Source: Leptogorgia sarmentosa
Lineage: Eukaryota
Direction of reading: 5' to 3'
DNA length: 64,000 bases
NCBI GenBank assembly: GCA_964658305.1
Contig: OZ210885.1
Location: 21,514,001 to 21,578,000 of the forward strand
Shown here piece by piece: positions 52,825 to 64,000 of the stretch. The stretch's first letter is position 1. Every line of letters starts with the position of its first letter. The position numbers were made by a program, and so were the translations under genes. The notes beneath the pieces were generated by a model. That model had not been told where the DNA came from and searched no databases. It saw nothing but the letters and a program-made list of their open reading frames with translations.

Positions 52825-53128
52825 GTAATAGCATAGTAGCATTTTGTTTCTACCGGGTCAATTACTGACTAATCGCCCGCTCGGTTATGGATGGTCAAAC
52901 ATGCAAATAATTACATTCTACACAACAACAAAACACTTAGTAATTGACCCTGTAAAAACAAAAGAAACCCGGTCAACTATGCTATTACAAACTAATAGCA
53001 TGGCTTTTCGGGACAATAGTGATTAAATGGTCCCTTACCCTTGGTAGCTTTGTGGAATTCCACAAACCTACCTCAGGTTACGGGACCATTTAATGACTAA
53101 TCTCCCTCAAACCATGCTATTACTTATA
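52825..53128 (-). mobile_element. Hairpin-headed non-autonomous element (Crypton-like)
   Basis: Palindrome ~52993-53122; body IR GTAATAGCATAGT...ACTATGCTATTAC; same terminus as 27993-28407; no TSD. Confidence 0.8.
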
Positions 53129-53599
53129 ATTAGGGACAGATATTCCTGTTATTATACTTCCACGATTGATACCCCTTCGCTGTAGCATATATCTTCCCAC
53201 TTCCCTGAGATGGTAGGTTGTACCTTTCAACTGTTGAATGAAATAGATTCAACACAGTTGCAGCGGTGTTGTTAGTCGACGCTTTCGAGAAAACAACTAA
53301 ACATGAATAGCCATCAATACCCCCATAAATAACTATTCTGTAGGGATGAATTATTTTGTGATTTCCATCTATGTGCCTAGAACACAAAAAACAAAACATT
53401 TCAGTGTAAGTTCTTGTGCACAACCCATTTAATTTTATCGAAATCTTTTTCAATTGCAAGATGGTGAGTCATCACTAAATGCAGTATTGTGTCAACAGGC
53501 TCATACTGTCAGATATGGGATTTCTATTCATATATCTATGTTGCATTGTAAGACAAGAGCTCCAAGCAAGTAAGTAAAGCATGGTCATCAAGCAAAATT

Positions 53600-53960
53600 A
53601 AAAACAGGTCATCTGGTCAAAACTTTCAATCATCTATTGCCTGGTTACAACAAAATTCCAAATTATCTGATTGGAGATCCAGCATATCCATTGACCCCAA
53701 ATTGCATGAAAGAATTCCATTCATGCAAAAATAATGCTGAAGTGATATTGAAGAATATGTTATGGCCAGAGGCAAATGGGCAAGTAGAAAACTTCATGAA
53801 AAACATTGGTAAAGTGGCTAAAACCGTGCATATATCAGGGAAAAATGGAGAAAAGAGCTGTACATATTCCTGTCAAATTACTGAGCAGCACCACATACAA
53901 GTACGATGAAATCCCCCTATGAGCTTTTGATGAATCGGTGTGTCAGAACAAAGATACCAG
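53600..53960 (+). pseudogene. Abutting TE scraps: Harbinger transposase piece plus Gypsy integrase piece
   Basis: YLIGDPAYPL followed by WPEANGQVENFMK..SPYELLMNR. Confidence 0.65.
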
Positions 53961-54415
53961 AGAAATGTAGGATTCATTCAAGCATGTACAGTAATTTATT
54001 CAAAAGTATTATATGCATAATGAGTTGTATATAAGAGGGTAGCTTGTTAATGAAAGAGATCTTTGTACTATTCAAAATACTCAAAATAAAGCACGAGAAT
54101 AAATTAAGTATATTATCATGCAGAACAGGCTTAAATGAAGCGTGTAATCCCTAGAGGGGTACGGTAACTATAAATAACGCGATTCTCACTGCATTCGCCA
54201 CTTCAAATTGGTCAAGCGCACAGGAACGAAGAGAAATGACAAACCCGCCCTCCCGACCCGATTTGTTGAAAATTTGTGGTCATACACCAGGTTACACCTG
54301 TACCTGAGCGCTCGATCAATGTTCCCAATCTTATAACAATGAGTGCAGATGAGAGTATTGTGAAATAGGATACAATCTACACTGTGTGCTTCGACATTAT
54401 AAGAACTACAGCATT

Positions 54416-57400
54416 GCCCCCTTTGACAGCTGCAGGTGTGTATTTGACCACCTCATCATTTGCTTTATTTACTGTATGAATATTAAGATAAACAGTGTAT
54501 GTGATTGACTTTTCATTAGCCACGTGACCCATACAAAATGGCGTCAAATTTTGTAGCTCCGTTTATTTTGCTTTCCCTGGCGATTTTTCTCACTCAAAAA
54601 GCACCTAATTTATCTAATTTTACAACTGGGATCGATGGCTTTGGCCTAAATATCACCCTGGCAGGAAATAAACCCATTCAAATTGGATCTGAAGCATTTT
54701 ATGGAGTCAAAACAACCTCGAGTACTTGGCCGAATCAAAGTGTCAATGGCATTCTGTTATCTATACTGCTTCTAAGTGGTGACATCCAATTAAATCCTGG
54801 GCCTAACTAGAAATATCCTTGTGGGGCATGTACTAAACCTGTAAAAATAAATCAAAAAGGCATCCAATGCGATGGTTGTGACTTTTGGTACCATACAAAA
54901 TGCTGCTCGATGAGTGACAAAATATATACAACACTATGGTCAATACATCGTTTGTCTGGCTGTGTGTGAACTGTGGCCAACCTACTTTCTCTGATCTTCA
55001 ATTATCACTAGATATATCCTCACACAACTCTTTTTCATTACTGAGTCCAATTTCGTCTGGCTCACTATCACAAATATCGCCAACATTATCCTCATCCACA
55101 TGTGAAATCAACACGTCAACATCCCATTCACCAAGGACAAAGCAGCATCCAAGTAACCGTAAATCAACATCTAAACCATCACTGAACTCCCTCCGAGTTA
55201 TGTCAGTAAACTGTCGCAGTTTAAGAAGTACCACCAAGCGTGCTGAATTTTCATCTCTCATTGAAGCTGACAAACCTGACATCATTTTTGGTAGTGAATC
55301 ACATCTTGATAACACCATACATAATGGAGAAATTTTCCCGTCATCTTATGAAATTTTCCGCAAGGATCGCGAACTTGGTGCCGGCGGTGTATTCATTGCA
55401 GTCCATGAACATTATGTAGCTGCTGATTTACCTGAACTAGACTCTGATTGCGAAGCTGTATGGGCAAAACTCCATATCCAAAATTCTAGTCCCCTGCACC
55501 TTTGCTCCTTTTATCGACCACCTGATAACAATATAGACCCCTTGGTTGCCTTAGATGAATCACTGCAGAAATTATCAGTGCGCAGTAATGGACCACCGAA
55601 CCTTCTCCTAGCTGGCGATTTTAACTTACCTGATATCGACTGGGATCAAGGTAGTCTAAAACCATCTCGGGTCTATACCACTACAGTCAGCTATAAAATG
55701 CTGGATATTGCTAGAGATAATTTTATCGCTCAAGTTAATTTACATCCCACTAGAGAAAAGAACATACTGGATTTATTATTTGTTACAACTCCAGATTTAG
55801 CTACAAATGTCCACACTGGTCCTGGTATGAGTGACCATGATACTGTTCTTGCTGATATTAATATCAAGGCCAAGATCAATAAAAAAACTCCACGGGTTGT
55901 AAACCTATATAATAAAGCAAACTGGACTAGCCTCAAAACTGATCTTAATTCGTTCCAACAATCATTTTTCCATTCCAACCCTCAAGAAAGATCTGTAGAA
56001 GAAAACTGGAAATGCTTAAAGGATGCTGTGTTCCAAGCCACCTTGGATCATATCCCACAGAAGAAAATCAATGGACGATGGGATTTACCTTACTTAACAA
56101 ACGAACTTAAGCGTAAGATTAGGAAAAAGCATCGTAGATATAAGAAGGCAAAACTATCCGGAAAAACTAAAGATTGGAAAAATTTCAAGGACTTGCGTAG
56201 ATCTATCAAGAGAGAGCTTAAATTAGCCCATGATAACTATGTTAAAGAAATTCTTGACACTTCTACATTACATGAGAAGCCTAAACGCTTCTGGTCCTAC
56301 ATTAAAAGTATGAGGAAAGATAAAACTGGAGTGTCCCAATTAAAATTAAATGGCCAAATAGCATCTGACAGTAAGTCTAAAGCAGAAATCCTTAGCAAGC
56401 AATTTCGGGAAGTATTCACTAAAGAAAATCTTAATTCTCTGCCAAACTTACCACCAAGTAACACACCTATTATGGATGAGATCATCATAACTTCAGCTGG
56501 TGTACAGAAATTGCTATCTAACCTGAATACACGAAAGGCAATTGGTCCTGACCTGATACCTACAAGAGTGTTAAAGGAAGCTGCAAGTGAATTGGCCCCT
56601 ATCCTTGCATTTATATTTAATCATACCAAAGTGCAACCCTACCAACTGACTGGCTTTCAGCAAATATTGCTCCAGTTTTTAAGAAAGGACATCGTTCCGA
56701 TCCAGCGAACTATCGACCCATTTCCCTAACAAGTATTTCCTGTAAGATCATGGAACATGTGGTGTATAGCCAAATTATGGGTCATCTTGACAGTAACAAC
56801 ATTCTTGTTCACTACCAACATGGGTTTCGCTCTGGTCACTCTTGTGAATCTCAATTAATCAATACCATCGATAACATTGTTCGATCAATGAAAGACAAAA
56901 TGCAAGTTGACCTCTTAATATTGGACTTTCAAAAAGCTTTCGATTCTGTGCCACACAAACGGCTACTCATGAAACTTCATTATTATGGCTTACCACACCA
57001 ACTACAACAATGGATTAGGACATGGCTAACTACACGTCACCAACAAGTGATAGTTGATGGTGAATATTCTGAATCTGTGCATGTGGACTCAGGAGTGCCC
57101 CAGGGAACTGTATTAGGCCCTCTGATGTTCTTGCTCTATGTTAATGATATCGGTAGTGATACATCTTCCAATATCAAACTGTTTGCTGATGACTGTCTAC
57201 TCTTCCGCCCAGTTACATCACTACAAGATACACATGCACTACAGGATGATCTGGATCGTCTAGTGAAATGGTCGAAGGATTGGCAAATGACATTCAATCC
57301 AACTAAATGTTACATCCTACGAATCTCTAGACTTCACTCCATGCTGGAGTACCATTATAATATCTCTGGATCAATACTGAAACCAGTGTCTGATCATCCA

Positions 57401-58199
57401 TACCTAGGTGTGCATCTATCAAGTGACTTGAGCTGGAACAAACATATTGACAAAATAACCACAAAAGCAACCAACCAACTAAACTTTCTTAAACGTAATT
57501 TAAGCAAATGCTCCACAAATGTAAAGTCTATGGCATATACCACCATTGTTCGACCGCAACTCGAGTATGCATCCGCAGCTTGGGACCCATACACTCAAAA
57601 TAAGATCGTTCAAATTGAAGCTGTACAACGCAGAGCTGCCCGCTTTGCCTTTAATTGCTATGATACATATAACACCAGTGTATCCGGCCTTATCAAGCAG
57701 CTTGGATGGGACAGCCTAGAAACTAGAAGAATTGCAAACCGGTTGAATGTATTTTATAAAACAGTTAACAATCAAATAGCTATTCAATTACCGAATGACT
57801 TGAATGACTTGCAACGACCAAGCAGAATCACAAGGAATCAACACTCTAAGTCATCGTCTGGTCCTAATTATTATAATAACAGTTTCTTCCCAAGGACTGT
57901 AAAGGATTGGAACTCTCTCGGGGAAAATATTGTTCAGGCTCCTTCCTCCGATAAATTTAGGACATTAGTATTAGATCATCTTCGATCTGATTGAACTAAC
58001 AATTCTAACTGCATGTTTTGAGATACTACATGTAAATATTTATCTCACTATGTCACTATTTTTTAACTTCTACTATAATATGGAAAATACTTCAAACTTT
58101 TACCATAATATTTAATTTGATCATATATATTAATTTATTATTTTAACATCCTTGTGATACATACGTTTTAAGGATAATAAAGATAGATGTAGATGTAGA
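54416..58199 (+). mobile_element. Full-length APE-type LINE (RTEX-like)
   Basis: Candidate 9-bp TSD TACAGCATT (54407-54415, 58200-58208); AATAAA 58176-58181; (TAGATG)n tail. Confidence 0.88.
54538..57994 (+). pseudogene. LINE single ORF: hydrophobic leader, 2A-like, PHD, APE endonuclease, RT; one stop and two frameshifts
   Basis: SGDIQLNPGP, C4HC3 finger, GDFN/SDH, QHGFR, GVPQGTVLGP, FADD, SFFPRTVKDWN. Confidence 0.92.
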
Positions 58200-58426
58200 T
58201 ACAGCATTTACACAGCAATCCACCAAGAAGCAGGACACCTTTCATGACATTTTCGTCAACCCAAACAAGCTGAACTTGCCCAAAATTATCTTTGAACATC
58301 TGATTTCATTTGAAGAAACCTGGGTCGGAGTGTGGGACCTTATAGTTATAAGGCCATGTTATGTAATGACAGAAGACCATTTTGGTTCCTTGTCCACTTT
58401 TCCTGAATCTGCCTGGATTCTCAGGG

Positions 58427-59185
58427 TAGCAACGCGGGTATTAACATGGAGTTAATAGGACCCTTCACCAGCAGTGTAACGTGACACAAACGATTTATTA
58501 TAACTTTATTTTGTGTTTTCTTATCGTGAAAAAAGGAGTGCTTTTGCAAGCTCCACAACAACAACAACAACAACAACAACACCATGTATGAACACCACCC
58601 CCCCTTGATGGAACTAACAGCCAATGGGATGCTGGGAAAGGGAGATGGTGCGAAAGTGCAAAGGGGACGGGGGGAGACAGCACACTCCCGCCTGGTATGA
58701 AAAATACCACTACACATAATAACATGAATAATTAAGAACCTGTCCGTAATAATGAATGGCTAACTGTTCGGATGATGTCCATGTAACAACGAGGCATTAT
58801 GTTATGTAATGTTAGGCTTATGGCCTTCGCTTCAGTTCGTCAGCTGTTCTGATCAAAATCACCTCTGTGACTGGTCGGGTGTATTCTCTTTTCATGCCGT
58901 CCTTCGCCGTCATCAACTCGATCTTTCTCACCTTACCATCGGCACTTTTGTGGACCTTCATTACCCGCGCAAGGGGCCACATGTTCCTCACCATTTCCTT
59001 GCTTCTCAACAGAACGAGGTCACCTTTCCGTAAGTTGGGTTGATTGTGTTGCCATTTTCTTCTGGTTTGTAACAGGGGTAGAAATTCTCTCTTCCAACGC
59101 TACCAAAAAACGTTGGCCAGGTATTGCACCTGCCGCCATTGCGCAGTGTGTAGATCTTCTGAGGTAAAGCGTCCTGGCGTGCCTG
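58427..59185 (-). mobile_element. BEL/Pao 3' fragment: integrase C-terminus, PPT and 3' LTR (~58427-58682)
   Basis: WRQVQYLANVFW..GDLVLL..WPLARV..DGKVR; AGGCGGGAGTG then TG; (CAA)n in LTR. Confidence 0.8.
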
Positions 59186-59199
59186 TCAGCACTGTTGAT

Positions 59200-59860
59200 T
59201 TTTCCATTCAGCGCCGTCTTCTAAAAATCCACCCAGTGTTCCAACACCTTTATCATCTGCATTACCAACCCCAATGCCAAGTCCACCAAGCAAAGGATAT
59301 GTGTATGATTTATAATTATGATCATTCGAGCAAGGCTGATAATACCCTTCTACAATATCGAGATCAACGCCGAACAGATTATTATGTAGTTCCTTCAGAT
59401 CAGTTTCTCCTAACGGTTTCCTTCCTTTTCCCAAAATGAACACAGTCACGCAGGGGATATCTCTCTCAATGCATTCGACAACTTTGTAAGAAGCTTGAAC
59501 TGCGGTCACGCTTAACCTGTTTTCAAACACGTGGAGATTTGTCTCTATTATCTTTGACAAATCTCTCAGTTCTTTATCCTTCACCTTCCGGAATGCAGGG
59601 AGTCGGGTGACAATCTTAGGAAGTGGTCTTCGTTGGAGGTCTGCATCCTGAATTTCATAATCTACGAACATTTCATTTGCAGCCTGTTTGAGGTCTTCTG
59701 GAACATCTTTGTTACCACTGTCCACGTATAAACACATAACAAACGATTTCTGGTGAGCTGTTTCGTTGTCGTTTTGATACGAAATAGCTTCTACCACAGC
59801 ATGGATTAGAATCAATGAATCGCAAAGAAACCAACTTGCTTTCACTGTGGGATATAAATT
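59200..59860 (-). pseudogene. Exon of a probable trypsin-like (Nal1-type) serine peptidase, truncated by the BEL fragment
   Basis: VTAVQASYKV..PCVTVFILGKGRKPLGE..DIVEG..GIGV..GTLGGFLED; AG acceptor at 59861-59862. Confidence 0.55.
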
Positions 59861-60409
59861 CTAGTAAGTACATAGAAAAAACAAAGAAAGTACTGTTAGA
59901 TTGTTTACTATTTTCAGAATAAGTATATTGTGATCGATCACAAGTAAAAAACCATGTTTATAATGTTTTATAAAGAAACCATATTTTATACAGGGACTAT
60001 TTCTATTCAAGTAGCTCTAATATTAACCATGCATTAATTAAGAATGTCACTATACGTACCGTGTCAGATACCTTGCATGAATCAAAAATCTTGTTTTACG
60101 CTGGGTCTCCATTGGATTCTAAACACAATAATTATAATAAATCGTCATGAACTAATGCAGAACAAATTTAAAGTAATCACTACTTAGTAAAACAAGAATT
60201 TTTGGTTTACATCAGCCAGTATTTTTTAAGATTTCTGTGACTAAACTTGTTGTGATGCTTAGTGGTTTCGAAAAGTTGAGGAAATAAATGAAATTAAATA
60301 TATTAATATTATACACTTTTCAATAATCTGTCTTTTGTTCATCTTACAATTGAAAAAGGTAGAAACATGAGCTATCATGACATTCAATCCGAGCAAATAT
60401 TTTGTTATA

Positions 60410-60660
60410 CAGGGTGTCCCAAAAAAGTGACCTCTATAGAAACCAGCTCTAGAGAGCTCTCCAGCTCTCTAGTCAAGCAAACGTGCGTTGTTATGCCTTT
60501 GGGAATATAATTGAATGGTTCACGAACGACAGAAGTATTTATTACAGCCCGCGCTTTTGTTGCTGTTCGTCAGAAGCTAATTTAAATTTCAACAGGTGCA
60601 ATAACCCGAGATTAACAACAAGAGTGATTTCTATAGAGGTCACTTTTTTGGGACACTCTG
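60410..60660. mobile_element. Tc1/mariner MITE
   Basis: TIR CAG(G/A)GTGTCCCAAAAAAGTGACCTCTATAGAAA; TA TSD. Confidence 0.93.
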
Positions 60661-60698
60661 TACATATGAGTGTCGGTGTAGGGTTGAACAATTAGTAT

Positions 60699-63310
60699 TG
60701 TTCTATAATTAAGTGACATTATTTGCATATTTAAAATATATTTGATTATTACTTTGTGTATTTGATGGTACAACAACACTATATTTGGCGACAAGGATGA
60801 AAAAAAAACTAATATGTCTAAGACCAAGAAAAGCATTGAATCAGGTGAAGAAGCTACAGACAGTGGCATTCAAAACCAAGCTTCGGGAAGTTCAGTAGAA
60901 CAACAATATAGTCATGGTCCACAGGAGATAAAAATGAAGCCCTTTTCTACTAGCGAAAACCCTGAGGAAGCCGGTCAGCTTTGGATAAAGTGGAAAAAAG
61001 AGGTATTGACAAGATTTCGATTCTTTCGCATCGATGCTATTAGTATCTATGGCGGTGAGCTAATACACGAACTTCTAGACACTTTACAGGATGTGCCAAT
61101 CGGTGACGATGTGGAACATAATGACTTTGAGAAATGTATTGCAAAATTGGACAATTATTTCATCCGAATAACAAATTCCGACAGTGCTCGTAGCAGTTTG
61201 CCGAGATGCTTCAGCATAAGGGTGAATTGGTTGCCCTATATCACTTTCGGCTGAGATTTCAAGCTGCCAAGTGTAATTTTGTACTTTTACAGACAATGAT
61301 AGATGGGAGATTTCGCCGAGATGCAATGGTCAAAAGATATTCACTCGAAGAATTGCTCAAGCATGCAGAAAACAAAGAAGATGTCGACCGGCAGGCAAAA
61401 TCAATTGAACAGTCCTTGCAATCACATCGGAGCGAAGACAAAGGCAAAAACGTCCACCGTGTGTATGAGAAACGCCATGACAAACAACGTTTAAGTAAGA
61501 CAAAAAGGGACCAGAAGGAACTGCACGGTAAACAACAGAATAAAATGTGTTCGTATTGCGGAATGGACCACGAAAACCAAAGATCTTTATGTCCAGCTGC
61601 AGAAAAAAAATGCTACAACTGTTCAGACTGGTCACTTTGCAAGAATGTGTCGAGCTTTGAAGAAACAATTCATTTCCCAGCAACAGCGAAGACCACCGGC
61701 AAGAACAATGGCTAAATATCTCAGCATGGCAAAGAAAATTGACGAAGAGAACGAGCAAGACAATTCCTCGGATTCAGATTTTGTATTTAAAACAGAAACC
61801 ACAAGCAAATCGATCCTACCAACAATCCCAATACGACTAAATGGCATAAAAGGAAAAACGGAGGCAGATTCCTGTTCGACAGCTAATATTATTGATGAAG
61901 AACGTTTTGAACTTTTTCAAAATGCTTTGAAAAGAGAATTAAAACTCAAGCCAGCAAATACAAAGGTATATGCGTATGGACAAGATAAACCCATCCCATT
62001 GATTGGAAGTTTCGAAGCTGAAGAGGAAAGTATAAACACTGGTAGAATAACAACTGTATGTTTTCTGGTTGCCAAAGGAAGTACAAAATCAAGACCACTC
62101 CTCAGTCTAGACACAAGTGTAAAGTTAGGGGTCCTGAAGATAACAAACGCAGTACAAGTTCGGAACACCGAAGATATCCCAACTTCTGCAAATGAAGTAC
62201 CCAAAGACATCCCTACTTCACCAACCTCAAATGTTATCAATAATCAGAATTTAGTGTCTGATGTCGACGCGGTAAATTGCCCTAGTGCACGAGACTACGG
62301 AGCTCTTACAAGGATGTTTTCACTGGTATTGGCAAACATAAGAATATAAAAGCCAAGTTAATCGTAGATGAATCAGTTATCCCAGTTGCCCATAAGCAGC
62401 GAAAAATCCTGCACAACTTGCGATTGAAAGCCAAATCAGAAGAGAAATGGTTGAAAGAGCTGGGTATTATCGAGAATGTTCCAGATGGCCAACCAACTAT
62501 GTGGTGTACTAATCCAGTGATAGCACCCAAACCACATAACCCTGACGCAATTCGATACTGCTCAGATATGCATGTCCCTAACACTGCAATAAAAAGGCCT
62601 GTTACAGAAGTCCCTACTGTAAGTGACATAAAGTTCAAGCTAGAAGGAGCCAAAATATTTAGCGTATTGGATACGAATGAGGGCTATCATCAAATCGAGT
62701 TGGATGAAGAAAGTCGATATCTCACTACCTTCCATGGAACCCGGCAAAAGTTAAGGTATACTAGATTAAATTATCGTACTATATCAGCGCAAGACATATT
62801 TGATAGATCTATGGATGATACAATTGACGGACTGAACGGGGGGGTTGCACATTAGAGATGATTTCATCGTATATGGTCGTAATGAGGAAGAACATGATGA
62901 AGCTTTAGGGTCCCTTCTTCAGCAGTTTAGGGAGTGTGGACTAACATTCAATCCAAAGAAATGCAAGTTTAGAATACCGGAGATCGAATTCTTTAGTTTT
63001 ATATTTTCGAATGAGGGAGTCAAGCCATCGCCCACCAAAGTTCAGGCTTTAAAAGAAATGAATCCACCTAAAAATGTAGCTGAAGTTCGGTCATTACTTG
63101 GGATGGCTCAATATTCAGCTCAGTTCATACCCGGTTTTCTGAAATCACTACACCTCTCCGTTGCTTGACTTGTAAAAATGCGAATTGGAAATGGAGTAGT
63201 CTAGAGCAGAAGCCCTGAAAAATGCATTATCATGTGATTCAGTTATCGGGTCTATGAAATTGGACAAGAGACGAGGCTTAAAGTCGATGCTGGACCAAAT
63301 GGCTTAGGCC
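60699..63310 (+). mobile_element. Degenerate Ty3/Gypsy element, truncated in RNase H
   Basis: LTR remnant ending CA at 60778; tRNA-Ser-type PBS TGGCGACAAGGATG at 60786; gag, protease ADSCS, RT HIRDD, RNase H VDAGP. Confidence 0.87.
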
Positions 63311-63329
63311 AAATGGCCAACAGATCTTG

Positions 63330-64000
63330 GTTCAACATCAACTGTTGACACTCCTAGCAGTGCTATTATATCCAGCCAGACATGCCAAAGTCAACGCTCA
63401 AGATGCCTCTCAAGATGTTGGTGACCAGGCTGTAGAAGCAGTGCAATCTCCTGAGGTTGACCTGAGTCAATCTCTTACACCTGAACTAACAGTGAGTAAA
63501 GTTTTAAAACCCCCCATTAATGTACTTTGTACCCTAATATAAGCTCAGAATTATGGGTTATGAGCTTAGTCTTTGTCATTTATATTTAGGGTGCCTGTAG
63601 TACTAGTACCAGTGATGCTTGGGTTCAAACAGTAGGAAATAAATGTCATAACTGTACAAAGCTCACTTCAATGTTGAGTCAAATGAAAAAGAGGATGTTA
63701 TTTTATAAGGCACAAGTAGAACATGGTAAGTTATCAGGCACTTATCTACTGTCAAAATTCCAAAATACAGGAATGTTAGTAATTTATATTTACAAATTTC
63801 ATTGTTTTATCCTGTTACTTTAGTTGAAAATGACAGTGATGAGTTAACTGAAGATGAAAGTGATTCATCAAGCACAGCACTTGATGAACCAGAGAGTGAT
63901 AGTGAAGGAGAAATTGCCTCTGAACATGCTGACTCAGAACCATCAGAGGTTGAACCACCTATGATCTCATCATCAGACATCAGTGATTCAGAAACAGAAG
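63330..64000 (+). other. Possible small exons of an unidentified gene with low-complexity acidic sequence
   Basis: GTGAGT donor ~63493, AG/GTAAGT-bounded mini exon ~63710-63724, open acidic frame from ~63824 (ENDSDELTEDESDSSS...). Confidence 0.4.

Larger units (their letters stand above)
49414..53376 (-). pseudogene. IS3-like integrase-core gene (copy 3), broken by three insertions
   Basis: Segments 53376-53129 (HIDGNHK..GGIDGYS..RGSIITGISVPN), 51985-51542 (QRI..EQLWRDV..WNNHPVSTE..GIDEDGPVP..PVRD), 49476-49414 (NNGITQYTTAL..*). Confidence 0.88.

Noticed and set aside
54805..54813. Programmed stop-codon readthrough after the 2A-like motif
   Set aside because: A TGG-to-TAG mutation is simpler, given two other frameshifts in the same copy.
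1..64000. CRISPR array, prokaryotic operon, rRNA or tRNA genes
   Set aside because: No repeat-spacer periodicity; tRNA-like matches are only 13-18 nt primer-binding sites.
1..64000. Unistrand piRNA cluster
   Set aside because: TE orientations are mixed, so sequence alone does not support it; small-RNA data would be needed.

Overview
Eukaryotic, AT-rich, almost entirely transposon-derived DNA. An anthozoan cnidarian is my inference from the TE repertoire and small GT-AG introns. The window is a deep nest of elements: five BEL/Pao and three Gypsy LTR retrotransposons (one near-intact BEL at 37064-43350), two complete Pangu-type PIF/Harbinger elements with AAT TSDs, a complete hAT, an IR/DR Tc1, a full-length RTEX-like LINE with a 2A-like peptide and PHD finger, several MITEs, and a family of hairpin-headed elements that insert without a TSD. 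No intact host gene, rRNA, tRNA or CRISPR array is visible. The most notable observations are these. (1) Once nested inserts are removed, an IS3-like integrase-core gene lies tail-to-tail with a spliced HECT E3 ubiquitin ligase gene twice, and a third integrase copy is present. (2) The hAT transposase carries a spliced N-terminal OTU-like cysteine protease. (3) A 334-nt hammerhead-ribozyme retrozyme monomer ends exactly at its GUC cleavage site. (4) A Gypsy element is flanked by a 140-bp duplication instead of a 4-6 bp TSD. (5) Five hairpin-headed Crypton-like elements are present; two can be excised in silico to restore an ORF exactly. All family assignments come from motif recognition by eye; no searches were run.
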